Part shown: piece by piece, positions 1 to 17,779 of the stretch
Position numbering within the stretch: position 1 is the stretch's first letter
Layout of the letters: each line of letters opens with the position of its first letter
The notes under the pieces: model-generated
Databases searched by the model: none
The model's input: the letters and a program-made list of their open reading frames with translations, nothing else
Told to the model about the DNA's origin: nothing
Assembly: GCA_964016885.1 (NCBI GenBank)
Contig: OZ024766.1
Span: 2,852,001-2,916,000 of the forward strand
Origin: Eledone cirrhosa
Lineage: Eukaryota
Reading direction: 5' to 3'
DNA: 64,000 bases
Made by a program: the position numbers and the translations under genes

Positions 1-77
1 GTTGTGAACAACATGATTTATTAGACTGAGGTTATTTAAATAATTAAGACAGACATGACAAGGTATTAGTATAGAAG

Positions 78-262
78 ATTGGCAGTATCAGTAGAGCGTT
101 AGACGCAGTGCTTTACACCATAGAGTTATGTCCCTTTACGGTCTGAGTTCAAATCCAGCGGAGGTTAACTTTGCCTTTCATCCTTACAGGGTCGATAAAA
201 TAAAGTACCAGTAATACACCGGGGTTTTGCTGGCCTTGTGCCAAAAGTAGAAACAATTATTA
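78..262 (+). mobile_element. tRNA-derived SINE family A (other copies: 11442-11625+, 18962-19146+, 32045-32240-, 46466-46655-, 47838-47998+, 49165-49355-, 49370-49443-, 49818-50002+)
   Basis: B-box-like GAGTTCAAATCC, central gcctttcatccttacggggtcgataaaataaagtacc domain, (TTA)n-like tail; dispersed in both orientations. Confidence 0.8.
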
Positions 263-1079
263 TAGAAGTATACCCTGCTTTGATATCAATAGGGGAAAAC
301 ATTTTCCCTGTTTCTTTTTTTCGTGTGCTATCAACCAATCTGACCTCCAAGGGGCTCGCAATTGACATTTGTCCAGCAAGATTGAAATGTTGGGAAGGGC
401 TCCCTCCTGCTTCTCTGAATTGATCCAGCGATTTTTCTTTCAGAGTGTTATTAACGAATCTCACCTCCCAACAAGTAGGAAATGACTAGATTTATAGAAA
501 AACTAGGGTGAAAGGGAGTGAAAAGACGATCGGAGGTTCACAGATCTACACCCACCTCGCCTTTCGTGGGGAAAAATTAACTCTATTTTTCTTGTGCTGT
601 CAACTAATCTGACCCCCAAGGTGCTCCCAATCATCTTTTTCTCCCGGGTTAGGGTTTCTGTTCTCCAGATAAAAATCGATTGCCAGAATCTTGGAAGTTA
701 GATTAGTTGATAGCACACGAAATAATCGAGGAAAGAAATTATTTTCCCACTGAAATGGAGGGGTGTGTTGTATAAATTGACCTAAACTACACATTATAAT
801 ACAAGGTAGTGAACAACATGATTAAATAGACGGAGGTAATTTAAATAATAAAGACACTTATTTTATATCACATGTAACAGTAGAATCTAGATATTGTAAA
901 ATAAGACAACATTTCAGTCTAGAAGTATTTTCCTGTATATAAAAGTGACGAGGAAGAAATATGTCCAAAGTTGTTAAATATTTTCACTTGTATATAATTA
1001 CTGTATCGTTGAAAGGTTCACATAATTCTATTAGTTACACACATTATTATAGACTTCAAGTAAATCTTTCTCAACTTAC

Positions 1080-1260
1080 CCTCTTCACATGTAATCAATG
1101 TGTTGTCTTCTTATATTTTATTAAACAAAGAAATAATCTCCTTGTTGTGGTTGAATAAGAATTTCCAAAGATTTCATCAGCTTTTCTTTGTCCGCCATTA
1201 ACATTGGTGTATCTTCTTATTCTTTAGCCACAGATTCGTATCTTGTCACAATTAAGAAGT
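1080..1260 (-). other. Leader exon 1 of a sixth ZNF paralog (gene 0) whose finger exon lies left of the window
   Basis: Same block as upstream of the five complete genes; donor AGG|GTAAGT at 1080/1079; uORF 1198-1121; 5' limit approximate. Confidence 0.7.
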
Positions 1261-1334
1261 GAAGGAAGCTTCCTTTGTTTAGCCAGAAAAGTATATATTG
1301 CTGGTTGTCTTTTCAATATGACCTCTTACTCTCT

Positions 1335-1346
1335 ACGCACGTGCGT
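1335..1346. promoter_or_regulatory. Palindrome ACGCACGTGCGT (E-box core) just upstream of exon 1; also 12712-12723, variant at 20230-20241
   Basis: 12-bp CpG-rich palindrome in AT-rich DNA between exon 1 and the (TA)n tract; only in genes 0-2; function inferred. Confidence 0.3.
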
Positions 1347-1388
1347 GCATTTTATATATATATATATAATTATGTATATATATATAAT

Positions 1389-1420
<32 letters not shown>

Positions 1421-1502
1421 TATATATATATATATAATTATATATATATATATAATTATATATATATAATTATATATATATATATAATTATATATATATA
1501 TA

Positions 1503-1538
<36 letters not shown>

Positions 1539-1632
1539 TATATATATATATAATTATATATATATATATAATTATATATATATATATATATATATAATTA
1601 TATATATATATATATAATTATATATATGTATA

Positions 1633-1670
<38 letters not shown>

Positions 1671-1747
1671 TACATATATATATATAATTATATATATATA
1701 TATATATATATATAATTATATATATATCTATATATATATATATATAT

Positions 1748-2346
1748 ATATTGTTATATTTGGGGAGGGTCATATTTGCGTAATATTGCCAGAATTAATA
1801 ACAGAACACACTCACTGTTTGGTTGGTTTTCGCTTCTCGCTGTCTTTTATATATATATATATCTGCGATGTAACTTACTCGGTCCTCAATGTTGCCATTG
1901 ACTGACCACGCAAACGCATGCGCAAAGAAGACAAAATAAAATAAGATAAACAAACAAGCAAATAAATAAATAAATATATAGACAGACTGAACAAAAAAAA
2001 AAATGGCGTAGACATACAACACAACAGGAGGAACAATGAATATAACACCACTGACGATGTTGCAGATGTGCAACGAAAGATTTATGTAAATTATGTAAAC
2101 TATATGTATGTGTTTGTGTCTATATTGTATCTGTATTATTTTTGACCGCCGGTCAGTCAATGGCAACATTGAGGACCGAGTAAGTTAGATCGCAGATATA
2201 TATATATAAAAGACAGCGAGAAGCGAAAACCAACCAAACAGTGAGTGTGTTCTGTTATTAATTCTGGCAATATTACGCAAATATGACCCTCCCCAAATAT
2301 AACAATATCTGTTTCGACACACGATTTCATATAAAAAACCTCGCAA

Positions 2347-2350
<4 letters not shown>
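1748..2350 (+). mobile_element. Fold-back insert in (TA)n, Penelope-like (inverted pseudo-LTR plus tail)
   Basis: Arms 1748-1907 and 2151-2308 are reverse complements; ~40-nt one-sided tail 2309-2350; hammerhead motif in the loop. Confidence 0.7.
2049..2086 (+). ncRNA. Minimal type I hammerhead ribozyme-like motif
   Basis: ca-CTGACGA-t-GTTGCA-gatg-TGCAAC-GAAA-gat-TTA-tg: core boxes and 6-bp stem II intact, stem I weak. Confidence 0.6.
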
Positions 2351-2383
<33 letters not shown>

Positions 2384-2490
2384 TATATATATATAATTAT
2401 ATATATATATATATATATAATTATATATATATATATATATATATAATTATATATATATATATATATAAAAATATATATATATATATAAAT

Positions 2491-2521
<31 letters not shown>

Positions 2522-2538
2522 AATATATATATATAATT

Positions 2539-2569
<31 letters not shown>

Positions 2570-2691
2570 AATATATATATATAATTATATATATATATAT
2601 AAATATATATATATATAAATATTATATATAATTATATATATATATATAAATATATATATATAATTATATATATATATATATATATAATTAT

Positions 2692-2722
<31 letters not shown>

Positions 2723-2788
2723 AATATATATATATAATTATATATATATATATACAATTATATATATATAATTATATATATATATATA

Positions 2789-3181
2789 GTCACGCAGTAG
2801 TACAGGGTACCCGACCTCCCATGGGTACATGCTGAAGCATATAAACAATATGCCCCCCCCCCCCCCACCGCAAGGTGGCCGTGGAGGCGCCACGGCAAAA
2901 AAGCACCCAGCCCACACTGTAAAGTGGACGTGTAGGCGCCACGAAAAAGCACCCAGCACTCACTGTAAAGTGGACGTGTAGGTGCCACGAAAAAGCACCC
3001 AGCCCACACTGTAAATGAGGTTGGTGTTAGGAAGGGCATCCAGCTGTAGAAATCAAGCCAGATCAGTTCCTGTATGAGCAAGGCATGGTCAGCCGACCAG
3101 ACACTGCCCACAACAGGACAACCCGTCTAACCCATGCTAGCGTGGAAGAACGGACGTAAAACGGTGGTGTGGTGATGATGA
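2789..3181 (+). mobile_element. Short 3'-end copy of the same RTE, tail-to-tail with the long copy
   Basis: Reverse complement of 3207-3548 with one extra internal ~37-bp repeat. Confidence 0.9.
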
Positions 3182-3206
3182 TATATATAATTATATATAT
3201 ATAATT

Positions 3207-5016
3207 ATCATCATCATCACCGTTTTACGTCCGTTCTTCCACGCTAGCATGGGTTAGACGGGTTGTCCTGTTGTGGGCAGTGTCTGGTCGGCTGACCATG
3301 CCTTGCTCATACAGGAACTGATCTGGCTTGATTTCTACAGCTGGATGCCCTTCCTAACACCAACCTCATTTACAGTGAGTGCTGGGTGCTTTTTCGTGGC
3401 GCCTACACGTCCACTTTACAGTGTGGGCTGGGTGCTTTTTGCCGTGGCACCTCCACGACCACCTTGCGGTGGGGGGGGGGGGGGCATATTGTTTATATGC
3501 TTCAGCATGTACCCATGGGAGGTCGGGTACCCTGTATTACTGCGTGACGCCAGAAGTCACGGTCGTGTGTCATTGACTTTGAGAGGTGTAGTTGGGTAAG
3601 GTCGGCTTTTATCACCTCATCCCAAGTCATCTTGGGTCTCCCCACTCCGCGGTTTCCATCAACTTCTAGTGCTCTGCACCTTTTTATGCAGCTGTCATCC
3701 TTCATACGCATCACATGTCCATACCAGCGTAACCGCCTCTCCTGCACGCAGCATTTGATTCCTCTTATGCTCAGTCTCTCTCTCAATTCATTTATGCTTT
3801 GTCGTTCACGTATATTACTGTTACACATCCATCGGAGCATGCAGGCTTCGTTTCTCTCTAATCTACGTAAGTCTTCCACCTTCAGCGCCCAGGTCTCACT
3901 ACCATGCAACATCGCTGTTCGGATACACGCATCATACAGTCTGCCTTTCATTCTGAGGGAGAAGCCTTTTGCAGCTAGCAGTGGTAGTAGTTCCCTAAAC
4001 TTCTTCCATCCCGTTCTTACCCTAGTTATTGTACTTTCTGAGCACCCACCTCCGTTGCTAATTCGGTCACCTAGGTAGCAGAAGCTGTCTACTGTTTCTA
4101 CAGGGCCCTCCCAGAGATTGGTGGTACTTGTTTCCTGTGGCTGTTTGCTTGCTGTTTCAGCACAGCTGCTGCATGTGAATCCTACATTCTTAATTAAGCT
4201 TCCTGAGATCCCGCTACATCTCTTGTGTACCCATTGTTTGCATTTGGGGCAAAGAATGGAGTTCCTACCTACACCTTTCCTACATACTGAGCAAGGCCAT
4301 TTCCCTGAGGGGATCTGGGTTCTGTTTTCTCGTCTACTTATAAGGACCTTAGTCTTTGTCATGTTGACTTTGAGGCCCTTTCTCTCTAGTCCCTGCTTCC
4401 AGGTTTGGAATTTATTCTCTAGTTCTACCATAGATTCAGCTATGAGTGCGAGGTCATCAGCATACAGGAGTTCCCATGGGCATCCGGTCTTAAACTCCTC
4501 CGTTATTGCCTGCAGGACTATGATGAACAGGAGAGGGCTAAGAACAGAGCCCTGGTGGACCCCAACCTGTACGCTAAATTCCTCGCTATACTCATTGCCA
4601 ATCCTAACTTTGCTGACTGCTCCCCTATACATGGCTTGTACCGCTTTCACAAGCCATTCATCTACTCCTAGTTTTCTAAGAGCCCACCAGATTACTGCAC
4701 GTGGAACTCTGTCAAAGGCTTTCTCAAGGTCGACAAATGCCAAGTAGAGTGGCTTACTTTTAGCTAGGTACTTTTCCTGTAATTGCCTCACAAGGAAGAG
4801 CGCATCAGTGGTGCCTTTCCCTGGAACAAACCCAAATTGCATCTCGTCTATATTCACCCGGTCCCTAATCAGCTGTGCTATAACTCTTTCTGTTACTTTC
4901 ATGACCTGGTCCATCAACTTTATACCTCTATAGTTTCCTCTATCTAGTGCATCGCCTTTACCTTTGTAGCAGTTGACAATGATGCTACTGCACCAATCTT
5001 TTGGTATGGCCCCCAT
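3207..5016 (-). mobile_element. 5'-truncated RTE-clade LINE with uninterrupted 504-aa ORF2 part (RT + PHD-like Cys cluster + C-terminus), 3' UTR and (GAT)n tail
   Basis: RT motifs NYRGIKL, QFGF, AFVDLEKAFDRV, GVHQGSVLSPLLF, LYADD; RTE C-terminus MLHGSETW...RLRWYGHVMR...GRPK; inserted in (TA)n. Confidence 0.93.
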
Positions 5017-5164
5017 ATATAATTATATATATGTAATTATATATATATATATATAATTATATATATATAATTATATATATATATATATAATTATATATAT
5101 ATATTTATATATATATATATAATTATATATATATATTTATATATATATATATAATTATATATAT

Positions 5165-5530
5165 CACCATCATTAACGTTTAACGTCCGTGTTCCACGCT
5201 TGCATGGGTTTGGACGGGGGTATTCCCACTTGAGGCAAGAGTGATTGTCTTGCTCGCATAGGACTGTCTGGCAGGTTTTCTACAGTTGGATGCCCTTCCT
5301 AACACCAACCACATTTACAGTGTGGGTCTGGGAGGTTTTTACCGTGTTGCCTACACGGCCACATTACAGTGTGGACTGTGTGTTTTTTTGTCGTGACACC
5401 TACACGATCTCATTTGTTTCGGCCTGGATGGCATGGCACCGACATAACTTTACATAGAAGGGGGTGGTGTGGATGGGGTGGGGGTGGTGGGACGGGGTGT
5501 ATTTTGTTAGAGATGCCTACTGGCTGTAGT
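5165..5530 (-). mobile_element. RTE/SINE 3'-tail-derived element (related pieces: 13187-13550, 40610-41850, 50074-50195, 51855-52093, 54470-54800, 55665-55755, 57957-58090)
   Basis: (CAT)n-cgtttaacgtcc...gcatgggtt...ggatgcccttcctaacaccaacc shared with the RTE 3' UTR. Confidence 0.7.
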
Positions 5531-5714
5531 AGGTTTTACTATGTATTTAGGTAAGATTATTTATAAAACTGTTTATATATTGTATTTTATCTGAACAAGG
5601 CATGCCATATTTTTAATATGGTATCCCCGAAATATGTATAATGAAATAAATATGGTTTTATAAATATAGTTTCCATTTGTTTAATATCGTATATAAATAT
5701 ATATATATAGTTAT

Positions 5715-5745
<31 letters not shown>

Positions 5746-6009
5746 AATATATATATATGTATTTCGTTTTTTATTGCTTTGCAAGATTATTTTTACCTGA
5801 AACTTGTGTTGAAACAGATATTGTTCTACTTTGGGAGGGTCATTCTGCCAATTAAAACACACACTCCCGTTGTTTTTCAATTCAATTTATTCTAAATTTC
5901 AGGTTGGTTGGTTTAATAACCGGAAGGTTTATATATTGCCAAAGCCCTTTCATCACACATTGTGACCTCCTCATTGACTGATTTCTTATTTTGTGTCTCT
6001 CCTGTCCTA

Positions 6010-6775
6010 CACCAACTTGTTTTATCGAACGCTGTAACACCAGAGGACTGTGTCATTCCCATTGGGAGATTTCGTTGAGTCAGGTCTGCCTTTATCGTTT
6101 CATCCCACGTCTTCTCTAGGTGCCTCCTGTAGCCTTTAAAGTCCTGCACCACTTTAAACAGCTGTCATCCTTCATGTGCATCCTATGACCATACCACCAC
6201 GGTCTTCTACCCTGCACACAGCATTTGATCCCTCTTATGCCCTGTTTTGCCCCTAATACATATACACTTTGCTGTTCATGTACAACTTTGTTACACATCC
6301 ATCTGATTATATAGACTTTGTTTCTTTCCAATCTCCATAGGACCTCAGCACGCAGAGCCCATATTTTGCTACCATGTAGCATTGCTGAGTGCACACAGGC
6401 ATTGTAAAGTTTGCTTTTTATCTAGAGTGAGAGACCTTTTGTAGTTAACAGTTGCAGCAGCTCCCTCAACATTTTCTAACCCCCTCTTATCCTTGCAACT
6501 CTGCTTTATGCACAGTCTCCTCCTCAGCTGATTTTGTTCCCAAGATAGAAGAAGCTATCAGCAATTTCTATGGGGTCTTCTGTGCAATTAAGGGCGCCTG
6601 CTATGTGAAGGTCTTTGCCTACTTCCCTTGCGCAGCGTTCACATATCAAGTTGGTTTCTCTTGTGATCCTGCCAGTTTTCTCACTACATCACTTGTGTAC
6701 CCACTATCTGCATTTGATACACTAGATACAATTCCTACCTACTCCTTTCCTGCACACTAAGCAGAGCCTTTTCCC
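6010..6775 (-). mobile_element. Decayed RTE LINE 3' fragment (copies at ~14035-14795 and ~26460-27220)
   Basis: Broken ORFs AMLHGSKIW...RLERN...RWMCN...WYGH homologous to the RTE at 3502-5016. Confidence 0.85.
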
Positions 6776-7559
6776 AGAGTATAATATTTGGTTAAAATAT
6801 ATTTTATAACACCCCTAAAAAATGTTTCTCGTCAGTAAAGAACTAACATCCAATACATTTTACACATATGTATCATCTATTGACAATATGACATTTTAAT
6901 AAAATGAGAGTTCTCTGATCATTATTTTACAAATGTATTTATCTGTGAAGTCCGAAAGATTGGCGACCATTGCTCCATGTAGAGTGGTTGGTTTTAAAAG
7001 GGGCATCCAGTCAGAATCTATGTCAAAAAAAGATTGAGAGGACCCTGCAGCTATGTGAAGGGCATGACAACTTCTCCAGTGTTGGTGATACAAAATTGCA
7101 TCCTCACCCAACAGACAAATATGACAGCATAGACCTTTGAGTGATGACAAATATTCACTTCAAAACCCCCAATGTCCATTCAGTCTACAGCATTATGGGA
7201 TAGAGGGTCCCTTACTCATACACAACAGGAAATGTGGGTGTTGCCCTCTAAATATTTCTTGTGGCCAGCTACAGTATTAGGTCATGGGATAGAGGGTCCC
7301 TCAATTATACACTACAACAGGGAATGTGGGTGTTGCCAAAAAATAAATTTAAGAAGACAACTATCAGATATGAGAATAACTTTAATCACATTTAAAAATA
7401 AAATAAAAAAATATTTAGAAGCTGTAGAAATACTAAGGGTTTCCTTGTGATATTAGTTGACAATAAGTTTATATATGTAACATGAAGGACATGTTACATT
7501 GCCAAATTAAAATGTTTGTTTGATTTTCTCTATTTAAGTCACTGGTAGGGCTTTCATCA

Positions 7560-10257
<2,698 letters not shown>

Positions 10258-10814
10258 CTCTTCAGGAAAAAATATCAATCTTTTAAGTCTCTTCCTAGAA
10301 TTTTTTCTCTCAACGCAATATATTGATATTTTTGTTTTTACAGTTTATTCCCAACAAATATTTCCTCTGTTAAATCTCCATAAGCTGTGCTCTTTGTTGA
10401 CAAATTCCTTTGTAAATTTTTGCAACTTTACTAAGAATGCAGAATCTTCTTGTACACTTTCCAGATAGGAAGAAGAAAAATCTTTCCATCAACCTCAGTT
10501 TAGAAGAAATATTTCACTGTAATTCACCAAATGTTGATATACAAAGACTTATATGAATAGTGTGTAAAATCTTGTGTTAGTCTTTTAAACAATGATATTG
10601 ATGTTGTATCTGAAGTTAAAATTTCTCTTCTGTCAATGTCATGTGATATTCTGAAATAACAGAGAAACAAAATAAGATATAGAGGAGAGGATATTAAAAT
10701 GTTGTGATTCAACAATGGAAATTTTACCTTTCTTTAATGATAAATAGTCAACATCATCATCGTTTAACATCCATCTTCCACACTAGTGTAAAATATATAT
10801 AATGAAAATAAAAA

Positions 10815-11275
10815 TGATTGTGTACAGTGCTCAGGTGCACTACAACTGATAGAATTATGTACAAATGTCAGGAAAATTAACAGTGCACGAGTCCTGATAA
10901 ACACACACGTGTTCGTGTGTGTGTATGGACGGGGAATATCAGGTGCAAGTGATGGAAAATTTGCAGAAGCATGGAAGTTTTGAAGGATACATCAGTGATT
11001 CGGATAATGTCTTCAGGAAAGTCTATGAGTTGATCACAGTCGCTGGAGTTAGGGGTAAATCCAAATTGCGTGGGTCGGATAAGGCTGTGAGAGTTCCAGA
11101 GTGGTTCTCTCACATAGGACTCCATCGGTTTGGCGATGCAGCTAGTTAGATTGACTGGACAATAGTTAAGAGGTGACATGCGATCACCCTTCTTGAACAA
11201 AGGAATGGCACTGGCAGTTTTCCACTGCTCAGAGGTAACTCCATTGTTAAGAGAATTGAAAGAAGAGTGAAAGCT
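10815..11275 (-). mobile_element. CR1/L2-type LINE fragment (RT N-terminal part plus probable 3' UTR) in the gene 1 intron; copy at ~18335-18795
   Basis: WKTASAIPLFKKGDR...NYCPVNLTSCIAKPMES...QFGF. Confidence 0.75.
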
Positions 11276-12456
11276 GGTGCAAAAAAAAGTAACCACCATG
11301 TCTGAGAAGTGAAAATAAACAATTTCTCTTCGAACGACTGAGGGGTTAGGGTTATAATACAAGGTTGTGAACAACATGATTTATTAGACTGAGGTTATTT
11401 AAATAATTAAGACAGACATGACAAGGTATTAGTATAGAAGATTGGCAGTATCAGTAGAGCGTTAGACGCAGTGCTTTACACCATAGAGTTATGTCCCTTT
11501 ACGGACTGAGTTCAAATCCCGCCGAGGTTAACTTTGCCTTTCATCCTTACAGGGTCGATAAAATAAAGTACCAGTAATACACCGGGGCTTTTGCTGGCCT
11601 TGTGCCAAAAGTAGAAACAATTATTATAGAAGTACGCCCTACTTTGATATCAGTGGGGGAAAACATTTTCCCCGTTTCTTTTTTTCGTGTGCTATCAACC
11701 AATCTGACCTCCAAGGGGCTCGCAATTGACATTTGTCCAGCAAGATTGAAATGTTGGGAAGGGCTCCCTCCTGCTTCTCTGAATTGATCCAGCGATTTTT
11801 CTTTCAGAGTGTTATTAACGAATCTCACCTCCCAACAAGTAGGAAATGACTAGATTTATAGAAAAACTAGGGTGAAAGGGAGTGAAAAGACGATCGGAGG
11901 TTCACAGATCTACACCCACCTCGCCTTTCGTGGGGAAAAATTAACTCTATTTTTCTTGTGCTGTCAACTAATCTGACCTCCAAGGTGCTCCCAATAATCC
12001 TTTTCTCCCGGATTAGGGTTTCTGTTCTCCAGATAAAAATCGATTGCCAGAATCTTGGAAGTTAGATTAGTTGATAGCACACGAAATAATCGAGGAAAGA
12101 AATTTTTTTCCCACTGAAATGGAGGGGTGTGTTGTATAAATTGACCTAAACTACACATTATAATACAAGGTAGTGAACAACATGATTAAATAGACGGAGG
12201 TAATTTAAATAATAAAGACACTCATAATAACAATCTATTTTATATCACATGTAACAGTAGAATCTAGATATTGTAAAATAAGACAACATTTCAGTCTAGA
12301 AGTATTTTCCTGTATATAAAAGTGACGAGGAAGAAATATGTCCAAAGTTGTTAAATATTTTCACTTGTATATAATTACTATATCGTTGAAAGGTTCACAT
12401 AATTCTATTATTTACACACATTATTATAGACTTCAAGTAAATCTTTCTCAACTTAC

Positions 12457-12640
12457 CCTCTTCACATGTAATCAATGTGTTGTCTTCTTATATTTTATTA
12501 AACAAAGAAATAATCTCCTTGTTGTTGTTGAATAAGAATTTCCAAAGATTTCATCAGCTTTTCTTTGTCCGCCATTAACGTTGGTGTGTCTTCTTATTCT
12601 TTAGCCACAGATTCGTATCTTGTCACGATGAAGAAGTGAA
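12457..12640 (-). other. Leader exon 1 of gene 1 (uORF 12575-12498)
   Basis: Consensus donor AGG|GTAAGT; conserved in six copies; homology among all paralogs ends just upstream. Confidence 0.75.
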
Positions 12641-12828
12641 GGAAGCTTTCTTTGTTTAGCCAGAAAATTATATATTCCTGGTTGTCTTTGCAATATGACC
12701 TCTTACTCTCTACGCACGTGCGTCCATTTTATATATATATATATAATTATGTATATATATATATATATATATATAATTATATATATATATATAATTATAT
12801 ATATATATATATAATTATATAATATATA

Positions 12829-12874
<46 letters not shown>

Positions 12875-12890
12875 TATATATATATATATA

Positions 12891-12927
<37 letters not shown>

Positions 12928-12977
12928 ATATATAATTATATATATATATAATTATATATATATATATATATAAAAAT

Positions 12978-13008
<31 letters not shown>

Positions 13009-13114
13009 AATATATATATAAATATATATATATATAAATATATATATATAATTATATATATATATATAAATATATATATATAATTATATATATATAATTA
13101 TATATATATATAAT

Positions 13115-13146
<32 letters not shown>

Positions 13147-13737
13147 ATTATATATATATATATATAAATATATATAATTATATATATCATCATCATCAAC
13201 GTTTAACGTCCGTGTTCCACGCTTGCATGGGTTTGGACGGGGGTATTCCCACTTAAGGCAAGAGTGATTGTCTTGCTCGCATAGGACTGTCTGGCAGGTT
13301 TTCTACAGTTGGATGCCCTTCCTAACACCAACCACATTTACAGTGTGGGTCTGGGAGGTTTTTACCGTGTTGCCTACACGGCCACATTACAGCGTGGACT
13401 GTATGTTTTTTTGTCGTGACACCTACACGATCTAATTTGTTTCGGCCTGGATGGCATGGCACCGACATAACTTTACATAGAAGGGGGTGGTGTGGATGGG
13501 GTGGGGGTGGTGGGACGGGGTGTATTTTGTTAGAGATGCCTACTGGCTGTAGTAGGTTTTACTATGTATTTAGGTAAGATTATTTATAAAACTGTTTATA
13601 TATTGTATTTTATCTGAACAAGGCATGCCATATTTTTAATATGGTATCCCCGAAATATGTATAATGAAATAAATATGGTTTTATAAATATAGTTTCCATT
13701 TGTTTAATATCGTATATAAATATATATATATAATTAT

Positions 13738-13768
<31 letters not shown>

Positions 13769-15579
13769 AATATATATATATGTATTTCGTTTTTTAATGC
13801 TTTTCAAGATTATTTTTACCTGAAACTTGTGTTGAAACAGATATTGTTCTACTTTGGGAGGGTCATTCTGCCAATTAAAACACACACTCCCGTTGTTTTT
13901 CAATTCAATTTATTCTAAATTTCAGGTTGGTTGGTTTAATAACCGGAAGGTTTATATATTGCCAAAGCCCTTTCATCACACATTGTGACCTCCTCATTGA
14001 CTGATTTCTTATTTTGTGTCTCTCCTGTCCTACACCAACTTGTTTTATCGAACGCTGTAGCGCCAGAGGACTGTGTCATTCCCATTGGGAGATTTCGTTG
14101 AGTCAGGTCTGCCTTTATCGTTTCATCCCACGTCTTCTCTAGGTGCCTCCTGTAGCCTTTAAAGTCCTGCACCACTTTAAACAGCTGTCATCCTTCAGGT
14201 GCATCCTATGACCATACGACCAGTCTTCTACCCTGCACACAGCATTTGATCCCTCTTATGTCCTGTTTTGCCCCTAATACATATACACTTTGCCGTTCAT
14301 GTACAACTTTGTTACACATCCATCTGATTATATAGACTTTGTTTCTTTCCAATCTCCATAGGACCTCAGCACGCAGAGCCCATATTTTGCTACCATGTAG
14401 CATTGCTGAGTGCACACAGGCATTGTAAAGTTTGCTTTTTATCTAGAGTGAGAGACCTTTTGTAGTTAACAGTTGCAGCAGCTCCCTCAACTTTTTCTAA
14501 CCCCCTCTTATCCTTGCAACTCTGCTTTATGCACAGTCTCCTCCTCAGCTGATTTTGTTCCCAAGATAGAAGAAGCTATCAGCAATTTCTATGGGGTCTT
14601 CTGTGCAATTAAGGGCGCCTGCTATGTGAAGGTCTTTGCCAACTTCCCTTGTGCAGCGTTCACATATCAAGTTGGTTTCTCTTGTGATCCTGCCAGTTTC
14701 CTCACTACATCACTTGTGTACCCACTATCTGCATTTGGTACACTAGATACAATTCCTGCCTACTCCTTTCCTGCACACTAAGCAGGGCCATTTCCCAGAG
14801 TATAATATTTGGTTAAAATATAATTTATAACACCCTAAAAAATGTTACTCGTCAGTAAAGAACTAACATCCAATACATTTTACACTATGTATCATCTATT
14901 GACAATATGACGTTTTAATAAAATGAGAGTTCTCTGATCATTATTTTACAAATGTATTTATCTGTGAAGTCCGAAAGATTGGCGACCATTGCTCTATGTA
15001 GAGTGGTTGGTTTTAAAAGGGGCATCCAGTCATAGAATCTATGTCAAAAAAAGGTTGAGAGGACCCTGCAGCTATGTGAAGGGCATGACAACCTCTCCAG
15101 TGTTGGTGATACAAAATTGCATCCTCACCCAACAGACAAATATGACAGCATAGACCTTTGAGTGATGACAAATATTCACTTCAAAACCCCCAATGTCCAT
15201 TCAGTCTACAACATTATGGGATAGAGGGTCCCTTACTCATACACAACAGGAAATGTGGGTGTTGCCCTCTAAATATTTCTTGTGGCCAGCTACAGTATTA
15301 GGTCATGGGATAGAGGGTCCCTCAATTATACACTACAACAGTGAATGTGGGTGTTGCCAAAAAATAAATTTAAGAAGACAACTATCAGATATGAGAACTA
15401 CTTTAATCACATTTAAAAATAAAATAAAAAAATATTTAGAAGCTGTAGAAATACTAAGGGTCTCCTTGTGATATTAGTTGACAATAAGTTTATATATGTA
15501 ACATGAAGGACATGTTACATTGCCAAGTTAAAATGTTTGTTTGCTTTTCTCTATTTAAGTCACTGGTAGGGCTTTCATC

Positions 15580-17779
<2,200 letters not shown>

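Noticed and set aside
78-165. tRNA genes suggested by A/B boxes
   Set aside because: No full cloverleaf; they are SINE heads.
961-1158. Six-copy 63-65-aa ORF MSKVVKYFHL
   Set aside because: Antisense to the exon 1/intron junction; conservation follows from the duplicated block; no recognisable domain and a frameshifted end in one copy.
3632-4747. Plus-strand ORFs of 148 and 209 aa
   Set aside because: Antisense to the RTE reverse transcriptase.
10258-10650. N-terminal effector domain encoded upstream of the fingers
   Set aside because: An in-frame stop lies shortly upstream of the start ATG and indels differ between paralogs, so it is treated as 5' UTR.
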